A model generated the notes under the pieces. It saw nothing but the letters and a program-made list of their open reading frames with translations. It had not been told where the DNA came from and ran no database searches. A stretch of 62,233 nt of DNA, filler included, from Choristocarpus tenellus KU-1152 (Eukaryota; Protista; Phaeophyceae), in the NCBI GenBank assembly GCA_964200185.2. It is 8 parts of 8 records of this genome, joined end to end, with 100 filler letters (N's around TTAATTAATTAA, not from the genome) between each part and the next. Parts side by side here need not be neighbours in the genome. Positions count along the whole stretch, not along the records: positions 36,908 to 46,158 come from CAXNAD020003844.1; positions 46,259 to 50,537 come from CAXNAD020015316.1; 6 more parts are not named here. The stretch is one strand, 5' to 3'. Positions 38,268 to 50,145 of the stretch are shown one piece after another. Both the position numbers and the translations under genes were made by a program. The stretch's first letter is position 1, and the number at the start of each line of letters is the position of its first letter.

Positions 38268-40743
38268 ATGACTCCACGCATATCCCTCCTGTTGGGGGGA
38301 CTCTTTGTTGCCTTGACTCAAACATTCACAGGTGGGCGGCACATGTATGTTGCGCAGGTTTACATCGGAGGGTACAGCCATCTCTACCTGTAGCCCAATA
38401 ATGGATGTATTACACCCACACATATCCCATCCTTGCCACTCCTCCTTGTCCCTTCCCAGATGCATGGGTGAATGTGGCAGACAAGACTACAGTGTCAGCC
38501 ACTGCTACTGCTTTCGACACAAGAACCCTGAGTAACAACGGCTGCGACCCCTCTGGGTGTTCACCCGAGCTCACTCTGGTGAGTGAGTGACCTGTGACTA
38601 TATATTCTGCCCGAGCACCTCCTCCGACCACCGAGTTTCATTGTCTTGTACACATGTGAAACTGATGAGGATTTTTCCCCCCTCACGTGGTGTTCCTCCC
38701 ACAACGCGTTTTACGCACAGGACGGGGACCTTGACGGTTCATCGAGGTGGTCCTGTTCCACGGACCTGGGCGTGGACACGTGTTCGATCACCTACACGTT
38801 TGAATCACAGCAACCAGTGACAGCATTGTATATCGGTGAGTCAAATATCAGCTAAAGAGTTGCGAACGAAACACAACCAGGCAAAGACAGTTGTATACGA
38901 GCCTATTATGACGCAACAATGACGAGGTTGTTACTTAAACGACACATTGGAGCTTTTTGGCAATCTATGAAGTGTCGCGGTTCATAAATGAGACAGGATG
39001 TGGTAACATGCTGAGGTGCAACCCACTTCAAAGTATGCTTGGTAAATAGATCTAGAACACCAAGTAGGCACATAAAGTAGGAAATATGCACACACGAGTG
39101 AGCTGTCTCAGACTGTTGCTTGCCTTGATGATCTCGTTGTTTGACTTTATGTTGATGGCGCGCCCTGAGACCAGCATTCTACAAGGGCACCTCTCGGACG
39201 CGCAAGTTTCAGATATACGATGGCCACACGATCATGCTCGAAACTGAGAGTAGTGGGAATACAAACGGCCTGGAGTTTTTCCCGTTCACTAACAAAGGGG
39301 AAGTATTCATGACTGACACGATCACCATCATATCTACACCAGACGACGACGACGACGAGTGGTTCAGCTTAACCGAGGTACTGTTGTATGCCATCGAGTG
39401 TTGGTTCCCTGCGGGATTGAGCTCTACCATCACTGGGTTTTGTTCGTGACGCACTACTTATTGGGCCTTGCGCTAACAAATCAAAACGGCCATTCGTGTA
39501 TAGAGTACACTGTCCATTCATGAAAGCAACCATATTAGCTCTAGACTATCAGTTCTTAAGCGGTTGGATATATGTGTACACTCTACTTCCGTTACATACT
39601 GCGATCGGAATTGATGCGACGAGAAATACTTACGCTCGATTGTCAAAACGTCTGTCACCTCCTTGCCATCCATGATTGAAATGTGATGTACGATTACATA
39701 CCCAACAGACACCACTGCTTCTTCTCAGGTGGAAATTATGGCGGTTGACGGTGATGAGATAGGTACTACCTCAAATAGCGTGAGTGTCGACGCCACGGGA
39801 TATGATGATCGCACAACCTCGGGTTGCCCCAACCAGTGCCTTCCTTCCAACACGAGGGTAAGCGATGCACATTACTTCAGACATTACACTCATTTTAATA
39901 CCAACTTAATGGAGGTAACAAAATCTGTGATAGTCACGTGACCGGAATTGTGAAGACCTATCTCAAAGCATCGTGTATATTTACAATATTTTGCTTTTCA
40001 CACAACAAAACGGATTACCTTACCCATCAAACCACTCACAGTCGGAAACGAAGCAACTTTAAGAAATTACTATTACTTCGAAGTACAACTAATTGTGCAC
40101 AGCAGATCTAACTGCAAGAGGAGGATACACGACTCTACGGTTACTATCCGTGTAGACTGTGCGTCGACGAATTGTTCCGTCTCTTTCCTACAGGATGGGA
40201 ACAACGAAGATGCTGGGAGATGGTCGTGTCTGAATGCTGACGCTACAGGGGGACTATGCAGCATCACATATGAATTTGACAGCCCAGCTTACGTCTACAG
40301 TATGCTTGTCTGTAAGTTCCTAGGGTCGAATTTTTATGCTCTAATTACAACGATCCTTGGGTCACCTTCGTTGTTGATGATGGCTTGCTACCGCACTGCA
40401 GTAGAGTGATCAAGAGACGGTAAAGTGCCACAACGCATCACATTCCCGCAGGGGCCTACCCCCCTCGTCTTATAAGGATACCGCATTAACAATATGGGGC
40501 TGACTTCCTCCACTGCGTGCTCACCTCCCCCACCCAGCCTTCTACAAGGGCGACGAACGTGTCCGCCGGCTGAAGGTGTACGTCAACGATGATTGGGTCT
40601 ATTCGTTCACCACTTCCGGCGTCACAAGCAGCTGGGAAGAGATAAGTCTCGATACATCAGTCACAACAGTGAAGCTGGAAGCTCTCGGTCTTGGGACAGA
40701 TTGGCTCAGCATTACGGAGACAATGATTTTCGTCGTTCTTTGA
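38268..40743 (+). CDS. Secreted protein with two tandem F5/8 type C / CBM32-like domains (317 aa, 7 exons)
   Basis: Exons 38268-38331, 38460-38578, 38721-38835, 39175-39377, 39729-39857, 40194-40311, 40538-40743 (954 nt, ATG to TGA, all GT-AG). Signal-peptide-like N-terminus MTPRISLLLGGLFVALTQTFTDA. The domain repeats twice: AT.(F/Y)D.R...GC...C.P..T(L/R)-DG.....RWSC......CSITY.F........(A/S)FYKG..R.R......SG......WxS(L/I)TE. The DG...RW and FYKG..R motifs fit a discoidin/CBM32 beta-sandwich. The family label comes from motif recognition, not a search. Confidence 0.85.
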
Positions 40744-41739
40744 GATAAAGTAGCGAGAGGGAAAAGCTGACTCCACCATTTTGCAGGTTTATCGAGTCTT
40801 TTGCAGTATATTTCCTCGTACTGGTACTTGATGGAAGCCTTGGACACCGTGGATATTATTCACACGTTCGTATGTTTTGCTGTTTGCAGCATTTTGGGTT
40901 GCAACTGGTGTCTATTAGTGTTTATTGTTTCGCCCAACCATGCTATATTGATGGTATTGTAGCTGGGAACATCAGTCGCTGAAAACTATAATATCTGTTG
41001 GTATAAAACGACGTCTTCCTTCTGAACAAAGTAGTAGTATCATCACACAACTTTGCATACGAGGTTCTGCGAGCCATGCGGAAGGCTCTGGTGACATATC
41101 GGGCCAGTAGACCCTTTGTCCTCTGCATGTCCCCTGTATGTACATATCCTCCCCCTACAACTTGTAGATGTAGATGTGGTTACATTGATGGTGAAAGGAT
41201 TGGAGTGAATATGCGTCTAGGTAGGTGTATGAGGGCTTCAAACGTACAATGTACGACTTTTTGTTTGGGTACGCCTTTGGAGCTCCAACTGTGCTTTCAA
41301 GCAACATGTGTACTGTACCAATACCATGTACCTAGCACAGAAAGAAACGTGAAATACAGCAGACCACGGAAAATGTGCTAGCTAGTTTCGTTTTGGTATA
41401 CTCTCGTGTACAAATAGGGGGCAAGTATATACCCAACCGTGGTCAATTTGGCTTGTCCACTTGTTGACTTCAGGCCCAACCTGAGGCAGCCGTACAACAG
41501 AGCTCAAAGAGAAGGTGTACTCTAGTTTCAGGAAAATGTGTCATAAATATATATTTCAGAACATGCAACATGCCAAACGTTCTCGGTTCGACTGATGTTG
41601 TGGTGGAATTCACAATACGCAGCAGTTAACAAGTGCACTGCCCAACAACGTTTCGGCAAATGTGAAGAGTTTCCTGCCATATATACTGGGTACCATTCGG
41701 AGGTTTATCCAGACTTCCCGAGGACTCAGCATCCTGATA

Positions 41740-41990
41740 GAGTCAACATCGACATACCCTTGACAAGTTTTCAGTGAGAGCCTGCCACATGGAGGCACTA
41801 CCACCACATCCTACGATTCTACGAAATGCAGACCTCTTTTGAGTGTGGTACCTGCAAATTTAGCATTTTTTTTGTGCATGTGCAATGAGGGAGGTGTATC
41901 CCCTTAGGATTCCACTTCTTGATGCGAAAGGGAAAAATCAACCTGTTGAACAAAAGATATACTTTGGTACGAATCTGGCATCAGATTGAT
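41740..41990 (+). pseudogene. Possible piggyBac-like transposase C-terminal cysteine-rich remnant
   Basis: Frameshifted fragments RHTLDKFSVRACH / QTSFECGTCKFSIF / CACA / RIWHQ resemble the piggyBac C-terminal pattern H...R.C..C...T..C..C...LC...WH. Confidence 0.35.
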
Positions 41991-42571
41991 TGCGCTTCAA
42001 CAATTAATTGTTAATCGGGACGGAATGAGACCCTTGGTAAATCGAGTGAGTATGACACATGATTTGACCAATAGTCTGTTGTTGTGGGCATCAGGAGAGG
42101 AGTACCACTTCAATTTACTATGCAATGAACCAGCGCAAGCCTCCACATGCAGTGGTATGGTTCGTTTTTCTAAGACTTTAGTGGGTACAATGTTCATTGT
42201 GTGGGTTTGATCAGGCGTTCACGGTGGTTATGCTCGATATGCATATTGTGGAAAAACTTCTGTTAGTATGAAACGAACTATGCATAATACATCCCATTGT
42301 TGTGAGGAGGGTTTGAAATATGGAAATTGTTTTTAGGGTGGTGACCCACGCACTAACACGTAAAATTGCTGATTTTTGAGGACAAAAAAAATATACTGCT
42401 ACTTTTACAGGGGTTTTTGGGATATTGGTTTGCCCTGTTTCTGACACATCCGGAAAATGTCACAGTGCATAATAATACAAAATAATTGATGAGTGGAGTG
42501 GTATATCATACTATCATAATATATATACAAAAGTACTTTCAACTGCCATGTATCTGGTGTGTATCTGGTAT

Positions 42572-43465
42572 AGAGGACCCACATGCCATTATTTTGCGCA
42601 AGTCCTCGTATATGGATATTTTTCGTGCAAATTGAACTAGTGACACGACTTCTAGGTTCTAGTAGTATGAATATTTTTTTGAATTGCCCGAGAGGAGCCA
42701 CGTCCCAACACTCTTGCGCAAGTCCTTGTGTATCAATATACCTTGGTACATATTGGTCTGGTCACACGACCTCTAGGTCCAACCAAATATTTTGACCTGT
42801 TATGTACTTGTGTATGACTGCCGTAGAAGACGTACATGCCAACATTTTTGCACAAGTCCTCGTGTATGGATACCTTTTTGTGCAAATTGGACTGGTGACT
42901 CGACTTCTAGGTACTACAAATACTACTTTCTCTTTGTAACTGCTCAAGAGGACCTATGTGCCAACACTCTTGCGCAAGTTCTCATGCATCGATACCTTGG
43001 TACAAATTGGACTAGTAACACGATTTCTAGGTCCCAGAAAACAGTTTGAACACTGTTACGTACCTGTTGTGTGTAACTGTCATAGAGGACCTACGTGCCA
43101 AATGTTCTTACGCAGGTCCTCGTGTACGGATACCTTTTGTGCAAAGAGTCAAAAGCATTAAAGAGTAGGGTCACGTCCGTTTGGGTTCCAAAATCCAATG
43201 TTGCGATTTTGATGTAATTTTGGCTATCTTGTTTATTATTAGGAAGTGTGAATACCCTTGTTCCGGACACACCTTTCACAGTCGTATACATTTTAGGTGG
43301 CTATGTTTACACAGAGAACTAAAAAAGGGCATAAAGAACCCGTAGGAAGCCAAGCCCCAAACGGACAAACAGGGCAAAACTCCCACCCTCTTAAATGCTT
43401 TGGGTCAAATTGGCTGATGACTCGACTTCTAGGTTCTACAAATTTATTCTTTTTGTAGCAGCCTT
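42572..43465. repeat. Tandem array of five 119-137 bp units alternating A/B
   Basis: Units start at about 42572, 42691, 42825, 42947 and 43084 with conserved AGAGGACC...TGCGCAAGTCCTCGTG...CAAATTGGACT...CGACTTCTAGG; unit 5 is split by the MITE. Confidence 0.85.
43146..43406 (-). mobile_element. MITE family A variant copy inserted in a tandem-repeat unit
   Basis: Homologous to copy 2 except for the central segment. Flanked by AAA/AAA and interrupts the repeat motif TTTTGTGCAAATTGG, which is intact in a neighbouring unit. Confidence 0.88.
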
Positions 43466-45082
43466 CCATTAACATGTTTGAGATTCTCGAGAAATAAAAA
43501 AATCTTCATGATGCGAGTTTGTCTTCGTCGATATACATAAAAGTCTTGCGAGAGATTCATGGTGTATCGGTGGCTGATCTGGGATGCTGCAATGCTGACA
43601 GTACGTAAAATTTACGTAATTTTGTGCTAAACATGAATAGCAAAGGACATGAAGGAATGATGTTTGTCACTCTAGTGTGGTTGTTGTGTATAGCCATAAG
43701 AGTATTCCTTGTGATTGGAGATGTGTCCAACGAGGAAGCATGTCCTACAAAAGTATGAGGGCTGCTTGCTTGCTAATATTGGATGAGAGATGGTGAAAAG
43801 TGATCAGAGGACTAATACGGAGAAAAATCGCGACATTGTGTTAGAGCCTGTTTGAGACGGTCCGATCCATGGAGTGTTGATACGATATTATAACACGGTA
43901 CGTACATGAGGGGCTTCATACAACAGTGTAAACTTTATCAAAAATATATGTAGGCCTCTCCAGGAGGAGTGGCCAGACCGTTTGCAGCATGTGTGTGTAC
44001 GATGGAGAGGCCAACAAGCATGAGAATTGAGAACTTGTGGTACATTTGGCGCGGGTTTAGTGTGTGACGGATATAGAGTCAACGGCAGTGGGTCATGGGA
44101 AATGAGATACACCCATTATCGTATAAATATCTTCATTTTGTGTACGGTGTATGTTATTTGGCATAGGCAGGAGTGTCAGAGTGTTGGGGTGCATGCCTTT
44201 TTTTGTCTATAATACATGTGAGCATCTTGTAGCCGACAATATCAAGATCCTGCGCTCTTTCTCTGCTCTCCTCTCTGTGACTCTCTGTCGTGACATTCTG
44301 TAGCACTTGGCCGCCTTGCAGCTTGAGCATCCCAGGCGTACAGTTGTTGAACAAAAAAAGCGCATGATATTATACAATGCAGTGAATATTATTATGAGAA
44401 AAAAAGGGAGAAAGCGAGCAGTCGTATGAGGCCGAAGATGAGAATAAGCAATGAATGTGCAATGTAGAGATGGCACAAGAGGGAGTTGATAGATCGTGTG
44501 GGAGGCATGGGCAGTTGTTGCAAGCAAGTCAATGATAGTGAGAACAGGTATCCGAGATGCCAACCCAAAGGCACGAGATGATGAGCACACGCACGGTTTA
44601 TTACTATATTATTTTTACTATTTGGTTGTATTAGTCTGGAACTTTCCGTCATCTCACCCTACATAGCTCCCTTGACCTATGGTCAGATGTCAGTGCACAC
44701 CTGCACTATTCTACCTTTTGAATTAGTGTTGTGCTGCAACTAGTTGAACTGCCCTATGAGTGCCTTGATATTTTCTCGTGTGTTGGGTTCAGTCATCCCA
44801 CCACTCGTCGCTTCATCTCGTCTTTCGAGTCAGGTGCACATTTGTCCGTCCACAATGAACCTTCGCCACCATGATACAAATCTTCCGTGTGTGGTTGAGT
44901 GGAAGAGAGTAAGGTATAGGTGTGCTTCCACAATTAGGTTGTTTGCGCTTCTTCCCCTAAGGATACCCCAAAAGCACGAATGTCCAAAGGAGAAAGAACG
45001 CTTTTCGATTTATGTAAATTTCAGGGACGTAGACACGATCACTATGACGGCGACAACAATAGGGAATGTTTTTACGGTTATG

Positions 45083-45212
45083 GTTACGGTTGGAGAAAAT
45101 GTCGATAATTGATCTATACTACAACACTACCGTTGGAAATCTACAACCACCCGTTGGCAACCGTGGAGATTTAAAAATCGTGCACAACCATCAGAATTCC
45201 CCAACCGTATGG
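45083..45212. repeat. Small inverted-repeat element (possible MITE)
   Basis: TACGGTTGGAGAAAATGTCGATAATTG pairs imperfectly with CAACCATCAGAATTCCCCAACCGTA. Confidence 0.4.
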
Positions 45213-45355
45213 TAGAGACTGTGGGTGCTATTCAATCTACCGTTTCCTACCCTCCAGATAGTATTCTGAGTCAAACCAGCTGAGAGATAGGGAGGGTTGA
45301 ATTTTAAGGATACTAAGAAAGGGCAAAAATACACAATTTTGTACAATTACGGAAG

Positions 45356-45530
45356 AGCCTTTGCTAGGTTGTTGCGTTATTCTGTGTTTGGAAACGGGGA
45401 ATATAATTTTTTTGTACATTATTGTGCACATAAGGCAATGAAATAGTGTATTACACAGGGTTAAAAAATACTACTTCAAATGCAAGAGAGTTCGAACCTG
45501 CCTACCTCTCAATCGGTTTGGCTCTCTACT
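45356..45530. repeat. Dispersed repeat, partner of 27783-27955
   Basis: Same blocks as 27783-27955; contains GTTCGAACC. Confidence 0.7.
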
Positions 45531-46258
45531 ATAATGGTCACAGTCAACAGTTCTTTAGAAAGGCTGACCGTAGGATAATTGTCCCACGCTGGATTGCACT
45601 TATCATAAACGTACCATCCAGTGGTACAGTTGATCATAAAAATCCCAAAATGAAAACTACTTGCAACTGAAATACACCCCATGAGCAGCAAATTCTTCAG
45701 GAAGTGTTGCCGAACGTCAATCAATATGCATATACTGTCCAGAACACAGCAGGTAATAGTCACATCATCACATTTTATATGCCCCCGTGTTATTTGGTAG
45801 ACAGCATGGCAGGAGGAGACAATTTGTTGAGGCTGTAAGAACTGCAGTACACTCCCTGAAACCCTACAACTCTTCCGACCTATCTCCCACAGTTACACCC
45901 TCTACATTTTTTAGCATGTTGAAAGCAACTGCATGACAACTCTGGGAAAACCAGGACACGGTAGCCCCCCCCCCCTACATCACTGTCCCACTAGGAAACA
46001 GAATACTTATCAAATACTTACCGAATGTTCAAGTAGCTTGTTGGCAAAATCGGCGTCTACATACACCTCTGCATCCAGCCCTGCTCCTCTCTTGTGCGTC
46101 AGCCACAGTTCCTGAGTTCCCTTCAGGTAAACTTCAGACCCAAAGCATCTGAGGGGGGNNNNNNNNNNNNNNNNNNNNNNNNNNNNNNNNNNNNNNNNNN
46201 NNTTAATTAATTAANNNNNNNNNNNNNNNNNNNNNNNNNNNNNNNNNNNNNNNNNNNN

Positions 46259-46292
<34 letters not shown>

Positions 46293-46564
46293 TTTTTCCC
46301 CCCCCCCCCCCCCCCCCCTTTCGATGTTGATTTTGGATACCTTTTTCCTCTCAAGGGTGGAATTAATATTTGTGACATGTGCTTGACAGTACCTGATGAG
46401 AATAACACAGGTGATGGAGGTCTTGTGTTTCAGCTTTGGGGAAGAACCCCACTCCCTCCCTCCCTAACCCTCCCTAACCCTCCAATATAGAGTGTCCTTC
46501 GATGGTCGATAACCGTTAGATGATAACCCTAACCCTAAACCCGATTCACACACTCTTTTCCCAG

Positions 46565-49500
46565 TGTGTATCATCTAAGACTGTTCTAAGACTGTGTGAA
46601 GAGTTGCCTCGGTCTTCCTTGCTCTCATATATGGCAGCTGTTAATCTTTTTGTTGATGTTTCCGATATTGTGATGTTGATTGAATTACTTGAAATTGATG
46701 TCCAGGTTTGAATCAATTGAGGATATTGATGAGCAGGTGGCTGCCTTGACCCCATTTGGGTTAGCCAAGGCTCTTCCTCTGGGACAGGTCAGACCTGTAT
46801 GGGCCATGGTACAGCCTTGGTGGGACCTGGACAATGACAGGTGGGGGTAGTAAAAGAGAAGGATTTCGCCAACATATTTTTATATTTTTATAATTTATAT
46901 TGATGGTACACAGACATGGGGAGGGAGGGGGGATGGTATGGGGCTGATGCTTTGATTTGCCACGTAGTGTGTTCATGTTTTAAAGGTATACCATTGTTTG
47001 TCACTGGTTTCAAGCTCTCACTGTTGCCATTTATTTTTATTTTTAATATGCTTGGTATGGTTGTTAGTGTGGTAGACGTGGTGTATCATACCTAACAGTT
47101 GCCAATTGTGACTTGCTCTCAGTGAATGTTATTTTTTGGGGGGGGGAGGNNNNNNNNNGTTGGGCTTTGTTTTTTTTTTTTGTTTTTTTGTTTGTTGGGG
47201 GGGGGGGGGGGGGGGGGGGGGGGTATGTCTTGGTATTCAGTGACACACTTTTTAAGGTGGCCGTCACCCCTTTTTTCATTAAAAACCTCTCCCTAGAGTA
47301 CAGTAATACACATATTTACACTTTTTATTGTAGTATTTTTAATCTCTCTATTGGTGATAAACAGGGACCTTCTCATTGGTAGCTTCCTTCATGGCTATGG
47401 AGCATACCCAAAGATGAGGACAGACCCTCAGGCAAGAAAAAATATTTTATGAGGTGGGGGGGGGGAGGAGTTTGGAGAGGGGAAGGAAGTGTCCTATTAT
47501 TAGTTGATTCATTGATTCATTGGACTTCAAGACTGGGATAGGATTGATGTCTCTTCTTGGCTCTCCTACACTTCCAGATTGGATTATTCACTATTTGATC
47601 TATATTATGTTTGTATTGATATGAAGATGTTATTAGGGGTACTGGGCTTTTTTTTAGTTATGATCGATTACTGGACCTCTTAAGTCAACCTCATTTCTAC
47701 CCTGTTGTATAACACAATATTGATGTAACACAATGTTGATGTAACACAATGTTGAAAAAAGAAAACAGAAGAATAGATCCTGTTCAATCTCACTGTCGTC
47801 AGTCCCCCCTCCCATACAGTGTGGTCTTTCCTGTCCATGTTACAGGTTAAAGTGATTATATGTATCTATGTGTGGTGAGCATGCTTTGTTGTGGTAGGTG
47901 GTAGTTACTATGATTTGTTTACTTTCATAATGGAATTGTTCTTGGTTGGTGTCCCTCAGCTATGCTTCTCAGGCAAGATCTGTGAGTATGTCGTAAGTCA
48001 CCCCGATGCCACTGTGCTGGATGGAGATGGGAATGTGGAGGAAGGGGACCACCACAGTTATTCGGGTGACATCACTAACACTACCACAGTGGTGAGGTTG
48101 TTAGGTTGTTCTCATTGTTCTCATTGACTCTTGGTTGGAGGGGTAGGGGTAGGGGTAGGGTTAGGCTGGTTATTTTGTGTTTTTTTCTCTTTTTTTTATT
48201 CCACTTGTTTTCCGTTGTTTTTATTTTGGGGTGTGACGTTTACTGCTTTCTTTTGGCTGACTCTTTGACCGCAGGTCTGGGGAAATAATAGTGATGATGA
48301 TGATACTACTAATAATAATAATGACGATGATGATACTAGTAATAATAGTTGTGAGAAAAAAATGTAATATTATACTAATAATAATAAAAATGTAGTGGAG
48401 GATTTAGGTTCGATTGGTTTCAGTGTGGAGTTAGGGTTAGGGTTAGGGTTAGTTGACTGTGTGATGTGACTACAAAACTGAAGAGACCTTGGAGGATGAA
48501 CAATATGTCATACTTTGAGTTCATTATACCTTTTGCAGTGTCATCCCAAATTAGACTACCTCTGATCTTTTTATTGACAGGAATTGGTCATTATAATATC
48601 AAATAGGATTATAATATCAAGTAGGATTATAATATCAAGTAGGATTATAATATCAAGTAGGATTATAATATCAAATAGGATTATAATATCAAGTAGGATT
48701 ATAATATCAAGTAGGATTATCATATCAAGTAGGATTATCATATCAAGTAGGATTATCATATCAAATAGGATTATAATATCAAGTAGGATTATAATATCAA
48801 GTAGGATTATAATATCAAGTAGGATTATAATATCAAGTAGGATTATAATATCAAATAGGATTATAATATCAAGTAGGATTATAATATCAAATAGGATTCC
48901 CATAACTAGTGACTAATAACTGGTAGGTGGCCCGCGTGTGAATGTAGAAATTTGTCCCAACATCCCTACTCCAACATCAAACTCCCTAATAGCCCCAGCG
49001 TTACTGTTAAACTATACACATCTGAATCATTTGGGTGGATGCCTTCCTAACAATACAAGATCCACAGAACTCTCCATTTGTGCACCCACCCTTATCATAT
49101 ATATATATATATATCAAGTGAGAACATATATTTTTTTTGTTTATTTGGTGATTGGTGATTGGTGATACCTTGCATCGCCTGTATGAAGTAGGGCACTGGT
49201 TTGTTTTGATTGGTTTGGTGGTGGTGACATCTTGATGTGATTGATTTGATTGGTTTGGTGGTAGTGACATCTTGATGTGATTGATTTGATTGGTTTGGTG
49301 GTAGTGACATCTTGATGTGATTGATTTGATTGGCCGATGAGAGTGTGTTACGTGCTACACATGTATGTGATACTGTACAGAAGGGAGATAGTGCATGTTA
49401 TGTTGTGGTGTGACAAGAGTCAGTCGAATTAAGCTAAATTAAGCTGAGTTCAATGAGTGCATGGTGGTGATTTAGGTTAGGGCTAAAGTGTGATGGACAT

Positions 49501-50095
49501 CAATCATGGTGAAGTGGTGATGTTTCCACTTTTTGTAGTACTTTCCAGGCCTTAGTCTGCGTTGTAGTGGCTAGTAGATTGTGGTGTTTGAATGGTATTA
49601 ATAGATAGCTTGGTTGCCCACTCCCTGTTGACTATAATGTACTTTAAAGTAGGTATAAGATGTTAAACGTCCAATCCTGACTCCCTAGTGATAGTATATT
49701 TATTATTATTACTATTTTATGTACTTTGTTGATAATTGTTCTGAATGTTGCATTGGTTGAGAACGCCTTCTTGTTTTCACTTTTGAACTAACCCTTCTGT
49801 ACCAAGGGGTCAGAGGTTGTATTTCCTGTTCTACTTGACTTTATTTCTGTTTAAAATTATCTTTTTGTGATAACCCTAGCCCTAACCCTAATGGAATCAT
49901 ACTTACATGTAGTTGTATTTTTATTTTGTGTGTGTGTGTCTTGTATGTTGATGTTTATGTGGGTTTTTGTAATAGATTCAGGGCAAGAGGCGTAGTCGTT
50001 TTGCAGGTGTTTACAGTCAGCCTGGCAGTTTACGGTGGGTGGCCCTTTACGGCAATGGGGATAAGGAGGAGTACTTGGGAACCTTCGATGAAGAG
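46565..50095 (+). CDS. Partial AP2/ERF-domain DNA-binding protein
   Basis: Exon 49976-50095 (AATAG acceptor, GTAAGA donor) encodes IQGKRRSRFAGVYSQPGSLRWVALYGNGDKEEYLGTFDEE, the AP2 pattern S.F.GV....RW.A......YLGTFD.E. Upstream phase-0 exon candidates 46565-46705 and 47960-48091 are compatible but less certain. Confidence 0.72.
48590..48897. repeat. Minisatellite, 18-bp unit, about 17 copies
   Basis: Unit AGGATTATAATATCAAGT with variants CAAAT and TATCAT; generates the (SSRIII)n and (LLDIII)n ORFs. Confidence 0.95.
49205..49333. repeat. Tandem repeat, 40-bp unit, 3 copies
   Basis: TTTGATTGGTTTGGTGGTAGTGACATCTTGATGTGATTGA. Confidence 0.92.
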
Positions 50096-50114
50096 GTAAG
50101 ACACTTTTAGCCCT

Positions 50115-50145
<31 letters not shown>

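Noticed and set aside
42572-43465. CRISPR-like repeat-spacer appearance (also the arrays at 32287 and 33212)
   Set aside because: Eukaryotic context, repeats too long or degenerate, tails related between alternate units or absent, and no cas genes.
48571-48916. (LLDIII)n and (SSRIII)n ORFs
   Set aside because: By-products of an intronic 18-bp tandem repeat.
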